From: Methanobacteriota archaeon
GTDB lineage: Archaea; Thermoplasmatota; DTKX01; VGTL01
Length of the DNA stretch: 64,000 nucleotides
Assembly: GCA_016874675.1 (NCBI GenBank)
Contig: VGTL01000003.1
Coordinates: 11,346 to 75,345, forward strand
Reading direction: 5' to 3'
Shown: one piece after another, positions 1 to 10,606 of the stretch
Numbering within the stretch: position 1 is the first letter of the stretch
Layout of the letters: every line of letters begins with the position of its first letter
Position numbers and translations under genes: made by a program
Notes under the pieces: generated by a model
Database searches by the model: none
What the model was told of the DNA's origin: nothing
What the model saw: the letters and a program-made list of their open reading frames with translations, nothing else

Positions 1-2124
1 GCCGGTGTCCCTCCAGGTGAACGAGAGCGGGTCGCCGTCGGGATCGGAGCACTCCCCGGTGAAGTTCACCCTCGCGCCCGAGACGGACCGGGAACCGTTC
101 GCCGGCGAGAGTATCCGAAGCTCGCCCGGCGGGCGGTTGACGTTCGTGACCGAGAGCGCCCAGGTCCGCTCGAGGTCGTATTCGCCGTCAGAGATCCTCA
201 CCGTGACGTTGTGGGGTCCGGCGGAGTCGAATCCGGCGACGTAGGTGATGTTGCGGGAATTACCCACGGGCACCCCGTCGACGAGCCAGACCAGGCTCAA
301 CGCCGGTGAATCGACGTCCTCCACGGTCACCGAGAGGTCCAGGCTGGAGTTCTCCGCCATGGTCACGCGCCCGTTTTGGGGCTGGACCGCCACGACCACG
401 GGGGCGTCGTTCACCGGAGCAACGGTCACCCTCACCCTCTCGGTGGCGTTGCGGCCGGTGCCGTCGGTGGCCACGAACAGGAGGGAGGTGGCGCCGCTCC
501 AGTTCGCCGGCGCGGCGAGCTCCAGGAGGCCGGTGCGGCCGTCGAGGTCGCAGTCGAAGCCGGTGGTCAGGTCCTCCACCGAGAAGGTCAAAAGGTCGCC
601 GTAGGGCAGGTCCGCGTCGAAGAACCTCCCGGACAGGTCCGCGAGGAGACCGGTGTCCTCCGGCGTCGAGAGCTCGTGGGATGTGGCCACCACCACCGGG
701 GCGTCCGGCGTGTTGAGCACGGCGACCTTCAGGACGCCGTCGGCGGAGGCGCCGGCCCGATCCGTGGCGGTGACGGTGATGTTCTCGACGCCGCTCCAGT
801 TGACGGCGGGACGCAGCGTCACCACGCCGCCCGGGGAAATGCCCAGCGCGACGGAGCCGTTGTCCTTGAACGTGAGCGCAAGCGCGTCGCCGTAGGGGAA
901 ATCGACGTCATCGAAGTACTGCGAGAGCACGAGAGTGTCGTTGACCGTGTCCTCGTCCATTATGACCCCGGGGAGCGGGAGCACGAGCACCGGGGCGTCG
1001 TTCACCGGCGTGACGGTGACGTTGACCTCGGCCTTCGCCCGGGCGCCCCTCGGGTCCGTCGCCGTGAAAACGACCTTCTCGTAACCGCTCCAGTCCGCGG
1101 GGGTCTTGAACGTGGCCGTCCCGGTGGAATTGTCGACCGTGGTCGATATGTTCGTGAAGTTTCCGGCGGTGAAGGCCAGCCTGTCCCCGGCGTCCGGGTC
1201 CGAGAACACCCTGTACAGGTCCAGCGAGCCGGTCGTGTCCTCGGGGAAGCTCGCCTCCGGCACGGGCGAGGCGGCGGCGGGCGCGCGGTTGAGCGAGTAC
1301 TCCGAGAGGCGGAACAGTACCTCCAGGCCGGCCATCGGCGAGAACGTGCGGTGCACCAGGTTGGTCGCCTTCGGCGAGTAGAGGGCGGAGAGGTTCTGGG
1401 CCGTGGGCTGGCCGCCGCCCGTGGTGTAGGTCCCGTTGTAGGTGAGGTTCAGGCACGAAAGCGCCCCGGCGGGGACCGCGGCGTCCTCCGTCCGGGGCAC
1501 CGTGGCGTCGTACTCGACCTGGTCGGCGCTAGTGGTCTCGAACGCGCCGCCGGCGCCCGATGTCCTGGTCCAGACCGAAAGGTCCGACCGGATGTGCCAG
1601 GAGCCGCCGACGGACAGCGGGAACCGGTAGTACTCGACCGGGGGGCTGGCCGTGGTGGAGGTGTCGGCCGTGAACGTGCCTATGGCGGAGCCCATGTCTA
1701 CGACGATGTGCTGGTACGAGCGGACCAGTGCGAGGTCCGGGACGCGGTACAGGAAGGTCCCGTTGCCCGTGGCGGGCCACGAGACGGGCGTCGGGAAGCC
1801 CATTATCGTCAGGGTGCCCGAGAGGGTCTCGGAATAGGCGGCCTGGACGACGTAGACCTCCGTGCCGTTGTCGGCCGAAAGATCCGCCACCCGGTCCACC
1901 ATCTCGCCCGTGACGCGGGTGATGCGCACGCTCGCCAGCCCCAGGTCGATGGAGAAATTGACGGCCTGGTCGGCGGCCCACTTCCAGCGGCACCCGACCG
2001 CCCAGGGCGGGGCGGGCTCGGCCCGGCCCGCCCGCGGGGACGGCCCGTCCGCCAAAAGCACGCTCGCCAGCGCGGGGGCCGCAAGCAGGACCACTATTGC
2101 CAGCACGGGCGCGGCTTTTGGCAT
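1..2124 (-). CDS. Partial (3' end runs off the window) secreted cadherin-like adhesin. It has an N-terminal signal peptide (MPKAAPVLAIVVLLAAPALA), many N-x-S/T sequons and repeated VNDAPV cadherin-like motifs.
   Basis: Manual minus-strand translation from the ATG near 2124 stays open to position 1. The ORF track omits it because it has no in-window stop. The long Gly/Arg-rich plus-strand ORFs here are high-GC antisense artefacts. Confidence 0.45.
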   Translation of the reverse strand, partial: MPKAAPVLAIVVLLAAPALASVLLADGPSPRAGRAEPAPPWAVGCRWKWAADQAVNFSIDLGLASVRITRVTGEMVDRVADLSADNGTEVYVVQAAYSETLSGTLTIMGFPTPVSWPATGNGTFLYRVPDLALVRSYQHIVVDMGSAIGTFTADTSTTASPPVEYYRFPLSVGGSWHIRSDLSVWTRTSGAGGAFETTSADQVEYDATVPRTEDAAVPAGALSCLNLTYNGTYTTGGGQPTAQNLSALYSPKATNLVHRTFSPMAGLEVLFRLSEYSLNRAPAAASPVPEASFPEDTTGSLDLYRVFSDPDAGDRLAFTAGNFTNISTTVDNSTGTATFKTPADWSGYEKVVFTATDPRGARAKAEVNVTVTPVNDAPVLVLPLPGVIMDEDTVNDTLVLSQYFDDVDFPYGDALALTFKDNGSVALGISPGGVVTLRPAVNWSGVENITVTATDRAGASADGVLKVAVLNTPDAPVVVATSHELSTPEDTGLLADLSGRFFDADLPYGDLLTFSVEDLTTGFDCDLDGRTGLLELAAPANWSGATSLLFVATDGTGRNATERVRVTVAPVNDAPVVVAVQPQNGRVTMAENSSLDLSVTVEDVDSPALSLVWLVDGVPVGNSRNITYVAGFDSAGPHNVTVRISDGEYDLERTWALSVTNVNRPPGELRILSPANGSRSVSGARVNFTGECSDPDGDPLSFTWRDTG

Positions 2125-2134
2125 GGCGACCGCC

Positions 2135-2425
2135 TCAGCCCTCCAGGGCCCCAAGCTTCGTCGCCATGGTGTGGTCCTTGTCGCGGCGGTCGTCGATCTT
2201 CACCGTCGTGACCACCCGCTTCGCGCCCGCGGCGATGACCGCCCCGTGCGCCTTCCCGACGGCCGAGAACACCTCCTCGACCGTGCGGGCCTCCAGCGAG
2301 GTCGACATCGGCCCGTGCATGAGCTTGAGGCCTGATTCGTCCAGTGCCTTCACCGCCTTCTTCACGTACGCGCTGACGCTCGTCCCCACGCCCAGCGGCA
2401 CCACGCTCACATCGGCCACGATCAT
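2135..2425 (-). CDS. MTH1187/YkoF-family small protein (DUF77, thiamine-binding-like), about 96 aa.
   Basis: [45 protein letters not shown]... is typical of the MTH1187/YkoF fold. Start chosen at the internal Met. Confidence 0.55.
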   Translation of the reverse strand: MIVADVSVVPLGVGTSVSAYVKKAVKALDESGLKLMHGPMSTSLEARTVEEVFSAVGKAHGAVIAAGAKRVVTTVKIDDRRDKDHTMATKLGALEG

Positions 2426-2577
2426 CCTGCCACCCCCATTCGCTACAACCTCCCGCCTCAAAAGGGTTTTGGCCCCGATGCCAACTGTTATTTCACTGGT
2501 ATTCAGATGGGGGTGCGGGGATGGACTTGGTGGACGTCGGAAGGCCCCCGGCAAGGCCCGTCAGGGCCCCCCGGGGG

Positions 2578-4188
2578 ATGAAGCTCTCGTGCAAGGGCTG
2601 GCGCCAGGAGGCGATTCTCCGGATGCTCGAAAACAACCTCGAGAACGCCGAGAGGCCGGAGGAGCTCGTCGTCTACGGCGGGACCGGGCGCGCCGCGCGC
2701 AACTGGGACTGCTTCCGGGCCATTGTCAGGGAGCTCAGGCGCCTCGGGGACGACGAGACGCTGCTCGTGCAGTCCGGAAAACCGGTGGGGGTCTTCCGGA
2801 CCCGCAAGGACTCGCCGCGCGTGCTGATTGCCAACTCCAACCTCGTGCCGGAATGGTCCACCTGGGAGCGCTTCCGGGAGCTCGAGGAGCGCGGCCTCAT
2901 GATGTACGGCCAGATGACCGCCGGCTCCTGGTGCTACATCGGCACGCAGGGCATCATCCAGGGCACCTACGAGACGTTCGCCGCCGCGGCGCGCCATCAC
3001 TTCGGGGGCACGCTCGAGGGCCGGCTGGTGCTCTCGGGGGGGCTGGGCGGCATGGGCGGGGCCCAGCCCCTCGCCGTAACCATGAACGGCGGGGTGGCCC
3101 TGGTGGTCGAGGTGGACCGGAGCCGGATAAGCAGGCGCCTCGAGCGCGGATTTTGCGACCTGCTCGCCGAGAGCCTGGACGACGCCCTGGGCCGGGCGCT
3201 GGAGGCCAAGCGGAAGGGGCGGGCCCTCTCCATCGGCCTTGTGGGCAACGCCGCCGAGACGCACCCCGAGCTCGTCAGGCGGGGGGTGGTGCCGGACCTG
3301 GTGACGGACCAGACATCGGCCCACGACGCGCTGAACGGCTACGTGCCGGGCGGGCTCGCATTCGAAGAGGCGCTTAGGCTCAGGCGGCGCGACCCGGAGG
3401 AGTACACCCGCCGCTCCTACGAGTCCATGGCGGCCCAGGTGCGGGCGATGCTCCTGATGCGGCAGCGGGGCGCGGTGGTCTTCGACTACGGCAACAACCT
3501 GCGGGGCCAGGCCCTCCAGGCCGGCGTGAGGGAGGCCTTCGACTACCCCGGGTTCGTGCTGGCCTACATCCGGCCGATGTTCTGCGAGGGACGGGGGCCG
3601 TTCCGGTGGATAGCCCTATCGGGCGACCCGGAGGACATCCTGAAGACGGACCGCGTCGTCGTGCGCGAGTTCTCCGCCAACCGCTCCCTGGTCCGGTGGA
3701 TAGAGCTTGCCGAGAAGTTCGTCCCGTTCGAGGGCCTGCCGGCCCGGGTGTGCTGGCTCGGGTACGGCGAGAGGGCGCGCTTTGCCCGCATCATCAACCG
3801 GATGGTCGGCCGCCGGGAGCTCTCCGGGCCGATAGCGATAACGCGCGACCACCTCGACTGCGGCTCGGTCGCCTCGCCCAACCGCGAGACCGAGGGGATG
3901 AAAGACGGCACGGACGCGGTCGCGGACTGGCCCCTCCTGAACGCGCTGCTCAACTGCGCCGCCGGGGCCGATTCGGTCCACATCCACAACGGCGGGGGCG
4001 TGGGCATCGGGCTCTCCACCCACGCCGGGATGGTGGTCGTCGCCGACGGGTCCCGGGAGGCGGAGGGGCGCATAGCGAGGGTGTTTTCCACCGACCCCGG
4101 GATGGGGATAGTCCGCCACTGCGACGCCGGCTACGAGGAGGCCAGGCGCAACGCCCGCCGGCACGGCATTCGGATACCTATGAGATAG
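2578..4188 (+). CDS. hutU: Urocanate hydratase (urocanase).
   Basis: Full-length match to the urocanase family (...[13 protein letters not shown]..., ...[15 protein letters not shown]..., ...[10 protein letters not shown]..., C-terminal ...HNGGGVGIG...). First ATG at 2578 within ORF 2521-4188. Confidence 0.9.
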   Translation: MKLSCKGWRQEAILRMLENNLENAERPEELVVYGGTGRAARNWDCFRAIVRELRRLGDDETLLVQSGKPVGVFRTRKDSPRVLIANSNLVPEWSTWERFRELEERGLMMYGQMTAGSWCYIGTQGIIQGTYETFAAAARHHFGGTLEGRLVLSGGLGGMGGAQPLAVTMNGGVALVVEVDRSRISRRLERGFCDLLAESLDDALGRALEAKRKGRALSIGLVGNAAETHPELVRRGVVPDLVTDQTSAHDALNGYVPGGLAFEEALRLRRRDPEEYTRRSYESMAAQVRAMLLMRQRGAVVFDYGNNLRGQALQAGVREAFDYPGFVLAYIRPMFCEGRGPFRWIALSGDPEDILKTDRVVVREFSANRSLVRWIELAEKFVPFEGLPARVCWLGYGERARFARIINRMVGRRELSGPIAITRDHLDCGSVASPNRETEGMKDGTDAVADWPLLNALLNCAAGADSVHIHNGGGVGIGLSTHAGMVVVADGSREAEGRIARVFSTDPGMGIVRHCDAGYEEARRNARRHGIRIPMR

Positions 4189-4744
4189 GTGCAATCGGAG
4201 GGAGGGGCACCAGGCAGTGCGGGCATGTATTCCAGGCCTTCATCACGAGCTTGGAGCACCTCGGGCAGCTGGAGAGGTAGCGGGGCATGGACCCTCCAGG
4301 CACCGCCGCGGGGCCCTGCAGCTCGCGCAGGAACGCCGGGATCCGCTTTGCGAGAAGCCGGGCGCCCTCGAGGTCTCCGGCCTGGAGGAACCTCTCGGCC
4401 CGGCCCAGAGCCTGCTGGAGGCGGTGCGTGTCCCGGCCGGAGCGCTCGAGCCTCCTTTTGGCCTCGGCCGCCCGGTCCAAAATCTTGCGGATGGGGCCCT
4501 GGAGCCTCTCGGCCTCCCGGGCCTGGTCGAGCGCCCCGGAGAGGAAGTCCTCCACGCCCTCGTGGTCCCTCTCCTCGAGAAGCTCCCGGGCCCTCCGGAC
4601 CATGACCACGGCCCCGTTGACGTTGATGCCCCGGGCCTGGACCCTGCCGACCTCGAGCAATGTCTCCTGGATGCGGGCGCTGGCCGAGCATTGCGGGCAG
4701 GCAACGCCCGCAAGCGGGCTCCCGCACACCGGACATTCGGGCAT
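4178..4744 (-). CDS. Hypothetical protein with N- and C-terminal CxxC...CxxC zinc ribbons flanking a helical region.
   Basis: [10 protein letters not shown]...CPQC at the N-terminus and CPRC...CPHC at the C-terminus. No recognisable family. Confidence 0.4.
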   Translation of the reverse strand: MPECPVCGSPLAGVACPQCSASARIQETLLEVGRVQARGINVNGAVVMVRRARELLEERDHEGVEDFLSGALDQAREAERLQGPIRKILDRAAEAKRRLERSGRDTHRLQQALGRAERFLQAGDLEGARLLAKRIPAFLRELQGPAAVPGGSMPRYLSSCPRCSKLVMKAWNTCPHCLVPLPPIAPIS

Positions 4745-4748
4745 GGGG

Positions 4749-5402
4749 CTACGGCTGCTTCTTCGGGACCCTCTGCCAGTCCTCGAGGAACCTCTCGATG
4801 CCCGAGGTCGTCAGGGGGTGCTTCGTCAGGAGCTCGAGCACCTTGAACGGCACGGTCCCGATGTGGGCGCCGGCCCGGGCCGCCTCGAGTACGTGTATGG
4901 GGTGGCGGATGCTCGCCACGATTATCTCGGTGCGGAAGCCGTAGTTTCGGTAGATCTGGACCGTGTCCCGGACCACGTCCATGCCGGTGGCGCCGATGTC
5001 GTCGAGCCGCCCGATGAACGGGCTGACGAACGTGGCGCCGGCCTTGGCCGCTAGCATCGCCTGGACGGGTGTGAAGACCAGCGTGAGGTTGGTCTTGATG
5101 CCGGCCCTCGAGAGAATCCTGGTCGCCTTCAGTCCCTCGGTCGTCATGGGTATCTTGACGGTGATGTTTTGGTGGACCTTCGAAAGCTCCCGGGCGTCGG
5201 CCACCATCTCGTCGCCCTTCATCGCGCAGGTCTCGACGCTTATGGGCCCGTCGACGATGCGGCAGATCTCGGCGATGAGGGCGGTGGGCTCGGCCCTCTC
5301 CTTGGCGATGAGGGTGGGGTTGGTGGTCACGCCGTCCACCAGGCCCCAGCTTAGGGCCTCCCTTATCTCGGCCAGGTTGGCGCTGTCGATGAATAGCTTC
5401 AT
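4749..5402 (-). CDS. fsa: Transaldolase / fructose-6-phosphate aldolase (TalC/FSA family), about 217 aa.
   Basis: [35 protein letters not shown]...[11 protein letters not shown]... is the short transaldolase/FSA family. Start at the internal Met (5402). Confidence 0.85.
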   Translation of the reverse strand: MKLFIDSANLAEIREALSWGLVDGVTTNPTLIAKERAEPTALIAEICRIVDGPISVETCAMKGDEMVADARELSKVHQNITVKIPMTTEGLKATRILSRAGIKTNLTLVFTPVQAMLAAKAGATFVSPFIGRLDDIGATGMDVVRDTVQIYRNYGFRTEIIVASIRHPIHVLEAARAGAHIGTVPFKVLELLTKHPLTTSGIERFLEDWQRVPKKQP

Positions 5403-5484
5403 CCTCGGGCCTCCGCGGACCTCCGGTGTCCGGAAGCCCCAAAGCCATCGGCCCTCATTAAGCTTTTTACGTGGATGAATGAAT

Positions 5485-5665
5485 TTCGCCACTTTGTTAT
5501 TCAAGGCGCAAGGCGCAAGGCGCAGGGCGCAAGGGACGAGGGGGCAGGGGAAAAGGATCAAGGAACGAGGGTCAAGGGAGAAGGGGCAGGGGACAGGGGA
5601 TGAAGGACGGTTTCCATCGTCCCTGCGCCCTGCGCCCTGCGCCTTGACCTTTTCACGGCAAGGGT
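5485..5665. repeat. Composite palindrome: tandem GCGCAAGG / GGGCAGGG units, a spacer, then the complementary CCTGCGCC units.
   Basis: Read directly: ggcgcaaggcgcaaggcgcagggcgcaagg ... ccctgcgccctgcgccctgcgcc. Lies between the fsa 5' region and rpe. Confidence 0.7.
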
Positions 5666-5693
5666 TTTATGCCAAAACGCCGGTCGCCCGGGC

Positions 5694-6359
<666 letters not shown>

Positions 6360-6449
6360 TGCCCCCGCCCCGCGGCCTCTCGGACGGCCAAAAATATTTA
6401 TGCGCCGTCCGCCTTGCCACACCCTGAGCCCGTGCCAGGTGCACGCCGT

Positions 6450-6556
6450 CCCGGCTTAGCTCAGACTGGTGGAGCGGGGGACTGTAGTCGGTTCCCGGAG
6501 AGATCCGGTACCCCGCGGCAATCCTCAGGTCGCTGGTTCAAATCCGGCAGCCGGGA
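6450..6556 (+). tRNA. Intron-containing tRNA, probably tRNA-Tyr (anticodon GTA), with a roughly 34-nt intron after position 37.
   Basis: Acceptor stem CCCGGCT/AGCCGGG. D arm GCTC...GAGC. Anticodon stem GGGGA/TCCTC with loop CTGTAG|intron|A. T arm GCTGG-TTCAAAT-CCGGC. The intron contains a ccggagagatccgg hairpin. No encoded CCA. Confidence 0.6.
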
Positions 6557-6743
6557 CTTGTCAATTTTACAGCCCGGCTGCCGGATTTGTCCAAACCGGA
6601 GAAGAGCTGTGAGAACCTGAAAGAGCTCTTCGGGGCCGCGGACGGTCGAAGCTCTTCCAGGCCGTAGACACCTCCCCTGCGGCCTTTTGCGGCGCAGACG
6701 CCGAACATAGCGGGCGCCAGAAGAGATATCTACCACGGAGGGA

Positions 6744-7712
6744 ATGGGCCGCCTGGAAGGGCGATATCAGATGATCGATTTCGACGAGTTCGGCCCGGAG
6801 AAGATTCTCAACGTCTACGACCCGAAATCCGGAACGAGGGGGGTGGTCGTCATCGATAGTACGGCGCTCGGCCCCGGCAAGGGCGGCATCCGGATGACGC
6901 CCTCCGTCAACACGGGGGAGGTCGCCAAGCTGGCGCGCACCATGACCTGGAAGAACGCCCTGGCCGGGTTGCCCTTTGGCGGGGCGAAGTCGGGCATCAT
7001 TGCCGACGACAAGAAGATATCGGGGAAGAAGAAGTAAGAGATCGTAAGGGCCTTTTCCCGCGCGATCAGAATAATCTGCCCCGGGATGTACGTCGCCGCT
7101 CCGGACATGGCAATGGGCTCTCAGGAGATGCGCTGGTTCGCCGAGGCCAACGGGGACAGGCGCGCCTGCACCGGAAAACCCAAAGACCTTGGGGGCCTCC
7201 CGCACGAACTGGGAAGCACGGGCCTGGGTGTTTTTCAGGCCGCCCGGGTGGCCGCCCCCCATGCAGGCCTGAGGCTCGGCGATGCCACCGTCGCCGTCGA
7301 GGGGTTCGGCAACGTCGGTTTCTTCGCCGCCAGATTCCTGGCCGGGGCGGGTGCCAGGCTGGTCGCGGTGTCGGACAGCAAGGGTGTGGTCTGCAACGGC
7401 AACGGCATCGACTTCGAGAAGCTGGCCGAAGCCAAGGCGAGGACCGGCACTGTCGCGGGCTACGAGCCGGCGGACAAGACCTGCTGTGACAGTATTTTGG
7501 ATGTGAGATCGGACATCCTCGTAACCGCGGCCGTCCCGGACCTCGTCGGGCCGTCCGATGTCGGGCGGTTGCACTTCAAGCTCATCGTCGAGGGTTCCAA
7601 CACCCGGTCGGTGCTTGGGGATTCCAAAGGGCGCGGCCTGCCGCCGCGGCGGTGCGCCATGGACCTGGCGGTCAAACGCGTCCGGGAGCGGATGGGGAAG
7701 GAAGGCCCCTGA
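6744..7712 (+). pseudogene. Glu/Leu/Phe/Val dehydrogenase-like gene interrupted by an in-frame TAA (7035-7037) and C-terminally truncated.
   Basis: ORFs 6744-7037 and 7086-7712 are in the same frame. The read-through gives ...GGAKSGIIADDKKISGKKK*EIVRAFSRAIRIICPGMYVAAPDM..., a contiguous GDH N-terminal domain. GGIR, the catalytic Lys and the GFGNVG Rossmann motif are conserved. It ends about 100 aa short of a canonical GDH. Confidence 0.5.
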
Positions 7713-7808
7713 ACGCGCCCGGCCGTTATCCCGCTTCTGATATCCCGGCCGGACCCACCTCCATTCTGCGGAGCGGGAGAAGGGACCGGCCCCGTCGCCT
7801 GGCGGCCC

Positions 7809-9269
7809 TCAGTCCTTCAGTATTCTCTCCACCTCGTCCGCGTCGGCGTCGATAACATACCTGAGCCCGCTTATCTCGGCCGCCTCGCGGGTCAGCGCCA
7901 CGAGGTCGTCGCGTGTCATGTGCTTGAGGGCGAACTTGCGGCTCCCGCACATGAGCTGGCGCAGGCCCTGTGCAATCCTCTCCAGGTAGGTGTACAGGCC
8001 GAATGCGCCGGTGGGCACGTCCTTGAACTTCGGACCGAGCTCGGCGGCAAGTTCGGGCGCTGTGACGAAGATCTCCTCCGGGGTGGTGCCAAAGCGCTTG
8101 ACGTACACCGGGACCTGGCCCTCCTTCATCTTCCGGCCCAGGGTCTTCCCGACCATCGCCGCCGCGAGCGGCCCGCGGGCCATGCCCACGAGCTTGAAAT
8201 AGGGCGCGCCGATGGCGAGCCCCTTGAACACCTGGTCCTCGAAGGCGAAGCCGCCGGCGACCGCTATTTCCGGGATGTACTTCTTCTCCCGGGCCAGCGA
8301 GGAGAACTTGACGGCCCGGGCCAGGTCCGCCGGGCGGTAGGCGCCGGTCTTGAGGAACACATACTTCGCGCCCATGTCCCGGAGCTCCTTGACCCTCTTG
8401 AGGAATCCCTCCTTGGTCACCATCCCGACGCGCGAGTGGCGCTCGAACTCCTTGAAGGAGCCGTTCTCGAAGGCCTTGATCACCTCCGGGTCCGCGGGGT
8501 CCGGGTGCACAACGTAGCCCCGGCTCTTGAGGAGCTGCTCGGCGACCGGGCTCACCGGGCATCCCGGGCCCTCCACCACGCACTTGGCCCGGACCGAGGG
8601 GGCGCTTTGCTCTTTGACGAGGCCGCCGGCACCGGTCAGCGCCAGGACATCGCAGTCCGTCTTGACGATGTCCTCGGGGTGGAGGCGCGCCGGCCCCCGG
8701 AAATGGGCCAGGGACTGCCTCTCGTTTGGCGCCCTGGAGTGCTTGAGCATCTTTGAGATGTCGAGGCCCTTGGGGTCCTGGACCCCGCCCCAGTCGTCGG
8801 TGACGGCCACTACGGTCGCTCCCTTGTGCACCAGGTAATTGACCAAGGCCGAACCGGTGATATCGAAACCCTGGACGGCCACCCGGACGCCGGCCAGATC
8901 GGAGGGGGCCGGTTTCGAGTGCCGGGAGGATTGCAGGTAGGTCTCGGCGACGAGCCCCATCCCGAAGCCCGCCACGCCCAGCTCATAGGGAATCCCGCCC
9001 ATCTCCGGGGGCTTGCCGGTGGCGCCCAGAAGGTCCCCGACCACGTGCGCGAAGGCTTTCATCTCCTCCTGGCCGGTGCCGAGGGTGAGGTTGTCGAGGA
9101 CCAGGATGCCCTGCATGCTCGCTTCCGGGTCATAGACCTGGAGGACCTCCACGGGGCCCCATTCGTCGAAGAAGGCGGAAACGTTGGTATCCTCCAGCAC
9201 CCGGAGCAGGGACTCGGGCCGGTAACCGCCAATGGGAGTCACATCGCCGCCTTGTGTCATAGGCATCAC
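7809..9269 (-). CDS. Fusion protein: degenerate Glu/Leu dehydrogenase-like N-terminal domain plus C-terminal part of a glutamate-synthase (GltB) FMN-domain-like TIM barrel.
   Basis: The N-terminal half is paralogous to the 6744-7712 gene, but GGIR/Lys/GxGxxG are degenerate. The C-terminal ...IAVAGGFAFEDQVFKGLAIGAPYFKLVGMA...GTTPEEIFVTAPELAAELG... resembles the GltB domain-2 C-terminal region. Confidence 0.5.
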   Translation of the reverse strand: MMPMTQGGDVTPIGGYRPESLLRVLEDTNVSAFFDEWGPVEVLQVYDPEASMQGILVLDNLTLGTGQEEMKAFAHVVGDLLGATGKPPEMGGIPYELGVAGFGMGLVAETYLQSSRHSKPAPSDLAGVRVAVQGFDITGSALVNYLVHKGATVVAVTDDWGGVQDPKGLDISKMLKHSRAPNERQSLAHFRGPARLHPEDIVKTDCDVLALTGAGGLVKEQSAPSVRAKCVVEGPGCPVSPVAEQLLKSRGYVVHPDPADPEVIKAFENGSFKEFERHSRVGMVTKEGFLKRVKELRDMGAKYVFLKTGAYRPADLARAVKFSSLAREKKYIPEIAVAGGFAFEDQVFKGLAIGAPYFKLVGMARGPLAAAMVGKTLGRKMKEGQVPVYVKRFGTTPEEIFVTAPELAAELGPKFKDVPTGAFGLYTYLERIAQGLRQLMCGSRKFALKHMTRDDLVALTREAAEISGLRYVIDADADEVERILKD

Positions 9270-9461
9270 GGCAAACTATTGATAAACTATTTATATGGAG
9301 ATGACAATATTAGCATTGATATGGTGCCGGAATAATAAAAATCGATTTTTATTGGGTAAAATCTGGAGGGTTATTAATATTAACAATGGCAAATATTATC
9401 GTACAATTCTATTATATTCACATATCCAGAATGCCATTATTAATATAGAAAAATATTTATT
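9270..9461. promoter_or_regulatory. AT-rich divergent intergenic region between the 7809-9269 gene (-) and the regulator (+), roughly 200 nt and about 25% GC.
   Basis: Runs of tatttatatgg, aataataaaaatcgatttttatt and ttaatatagaaaaatatttattatg in an otherwise roughly 68% GC genome. Multiple TATA-like boxes. Confidence 0.45.
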
Positions 9462-10556
9462 ATGACACCCATATACACCCACATGACGGATTTACTAAAC
9501 GACCGTCTCAACCTCGAAATCCTGGAAAGCATCTGCTCGGGAACGGGAGTGGAGGTCAACATCTCCGCACTGGCCAACTCGTTCAAGCGCCACCGCAACA
9601 CGATAAAGGAACAGGTGAAGGCGCTCTTCGAGCACAAGATACTGAACCGCCCCATCTTCCCCTTCATCTGGCTCTACGAGGAATACCCGCTGCTCGTCGT
9701 GGTGAGGGCGGACCTGCCCCGGAACGACCAGCTCGACCGTTGGCTCAAGGAGGACGAGCACATCTTCGGCGCGTTTTACGTGCGCGACGAGGAGTACAAC
9801 ACGCTTCTGATAGAGTTCTTCAAGGATCTTCATACCTACGGGGAGTGGAGGAAGAAGATAGTCGCCGAGAACAAGATACCCCCCAGGGAGTCCCGCTATC
9901 CATCCCACAGCCTCCTCTTCAGCAACCGCCTGATGATCAAGTACCAGCCCTATTCCCCCATCTACAAGATGGAAGAGCGCTACAAAAGCGGAGAGGACCT
10001 CACCCTGAACGATTTCAGGCTGAACAACCTTTGCTTCCAGATCCTGAAGAAGCTGGTTCTCGGCGAGGGGATTCGCACCAACGAGAACCTCTTGGCGCAG
10101 AAGCTCGACGTCCACCGCAAGACAATCGAGCGGCGCATCTCCGACCTGGTGAAGGCGGGAGTGGTCGCCAATCCCGCCTGCCGGTTCCCGAAGTTCTTCG
10201 TTCCCCCCGACAGTATTTTAATATATTATCTAATAGAAGTAAAGAAATCCATGGACAAGATCGTGAAGGCCATCAAGGCCGACCCGAGCATCCCGCTGGC
10301 CCTGGAGGCCAACATCGGCCGCTACAACCTTCTGCTCTTTGGCGCCCTTTCCAACGTAGAGGATTCCTTCAACTGGGAGGCGAGCTACGACAGCCGGTTC
10401 CCGGACTGCATCGGCGCCATGAAGAAGATCTACCTGTCGCCCCAGATGACCGCTTCCATAGACCAGCAGAAGGTCTCGCTCAACATCATCCGGCTGCGCA
10501 AGGAGGCGCTGGCGGGCCGGGGCCTTCTTGAGGCGGTCCGGCCCCGCGGGGAGTGA
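9462..10556 (+). CDS. Putative transcriptional regulator with two winged-HTH-like segments. Lower GC than its neighbours.
   Basis: LEILESICSGTGVEVNISALANSFKRHRNTIKEQVK and LCFQILKKLVLGEGIRTNENLLAQKLDVHRKTIERRISDLVKAGVV look like wHTH motifs. Family not recognised. Confidence 0.45.
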   Translation: MTPIYTHMTDLLNDRLNLEILESICSGTGVEVNISALANSFKRHRNTIKEQVKALFEHKILNRPIFPFIWLYEEYPLLVVVRADLPRNDQLDRWLKEDEHIFGAFYVRDEEYNTLLIEFFKDLHTYGEWRKKIVAENKIPPRESRYPSHSLLFSNRLMIKYQPYSPIYKMEERYKSGEDLTLNDFRLNNLCFQILKKLVLGEGIRTNENLLAQKLDVHRKTIERRISDLVKAGVVANPACRFPKFFVPPDSILIYYLIEVKKSMDKIVKAIKADPSIPLALEANIGRYNLLLFGALSNVEDSFNWEASYDSRFPDCIGAMKKIYLSPQMTASIDQQKVSLNIIRLRKEALAGRGLLEAVRPRGE

Positions 10557-10606
10557 GCGCTGGAAAGCTTTATGCCCTGTTTGACCGTTGCCGGCGGGGG
10601 TGTGCA

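Noticed and set aside
376-2211. 611-aa plus-strand ORF (and 306-716, 908-1456 -, 1529-1993 -).
   Set aside because: Gly/Arg/Pro/His-rich low-complexity translations typical of the non-coding frames of a high-GC gene. The real gene is the minus-strand adhesin at 1-2124.
6540-6591. Integrative-element attachment site at the tRNA 3' end.
   Set aside because: The duplicate is inverted rather than direct, and no integrase or foreign-looking gene block is adjacent. A structural or terminator role is more likely.
7035-7037. Programmed recoding of the in-frame TAA in the GDH-like gene.
   Set aside because: There is a single instance, no recoding signal was recognised, and TAA is not a known Sec or Pyl codon. 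Pseudogene or sequencing error is the more parsimonious reading. Kept as a finding with that caveat.
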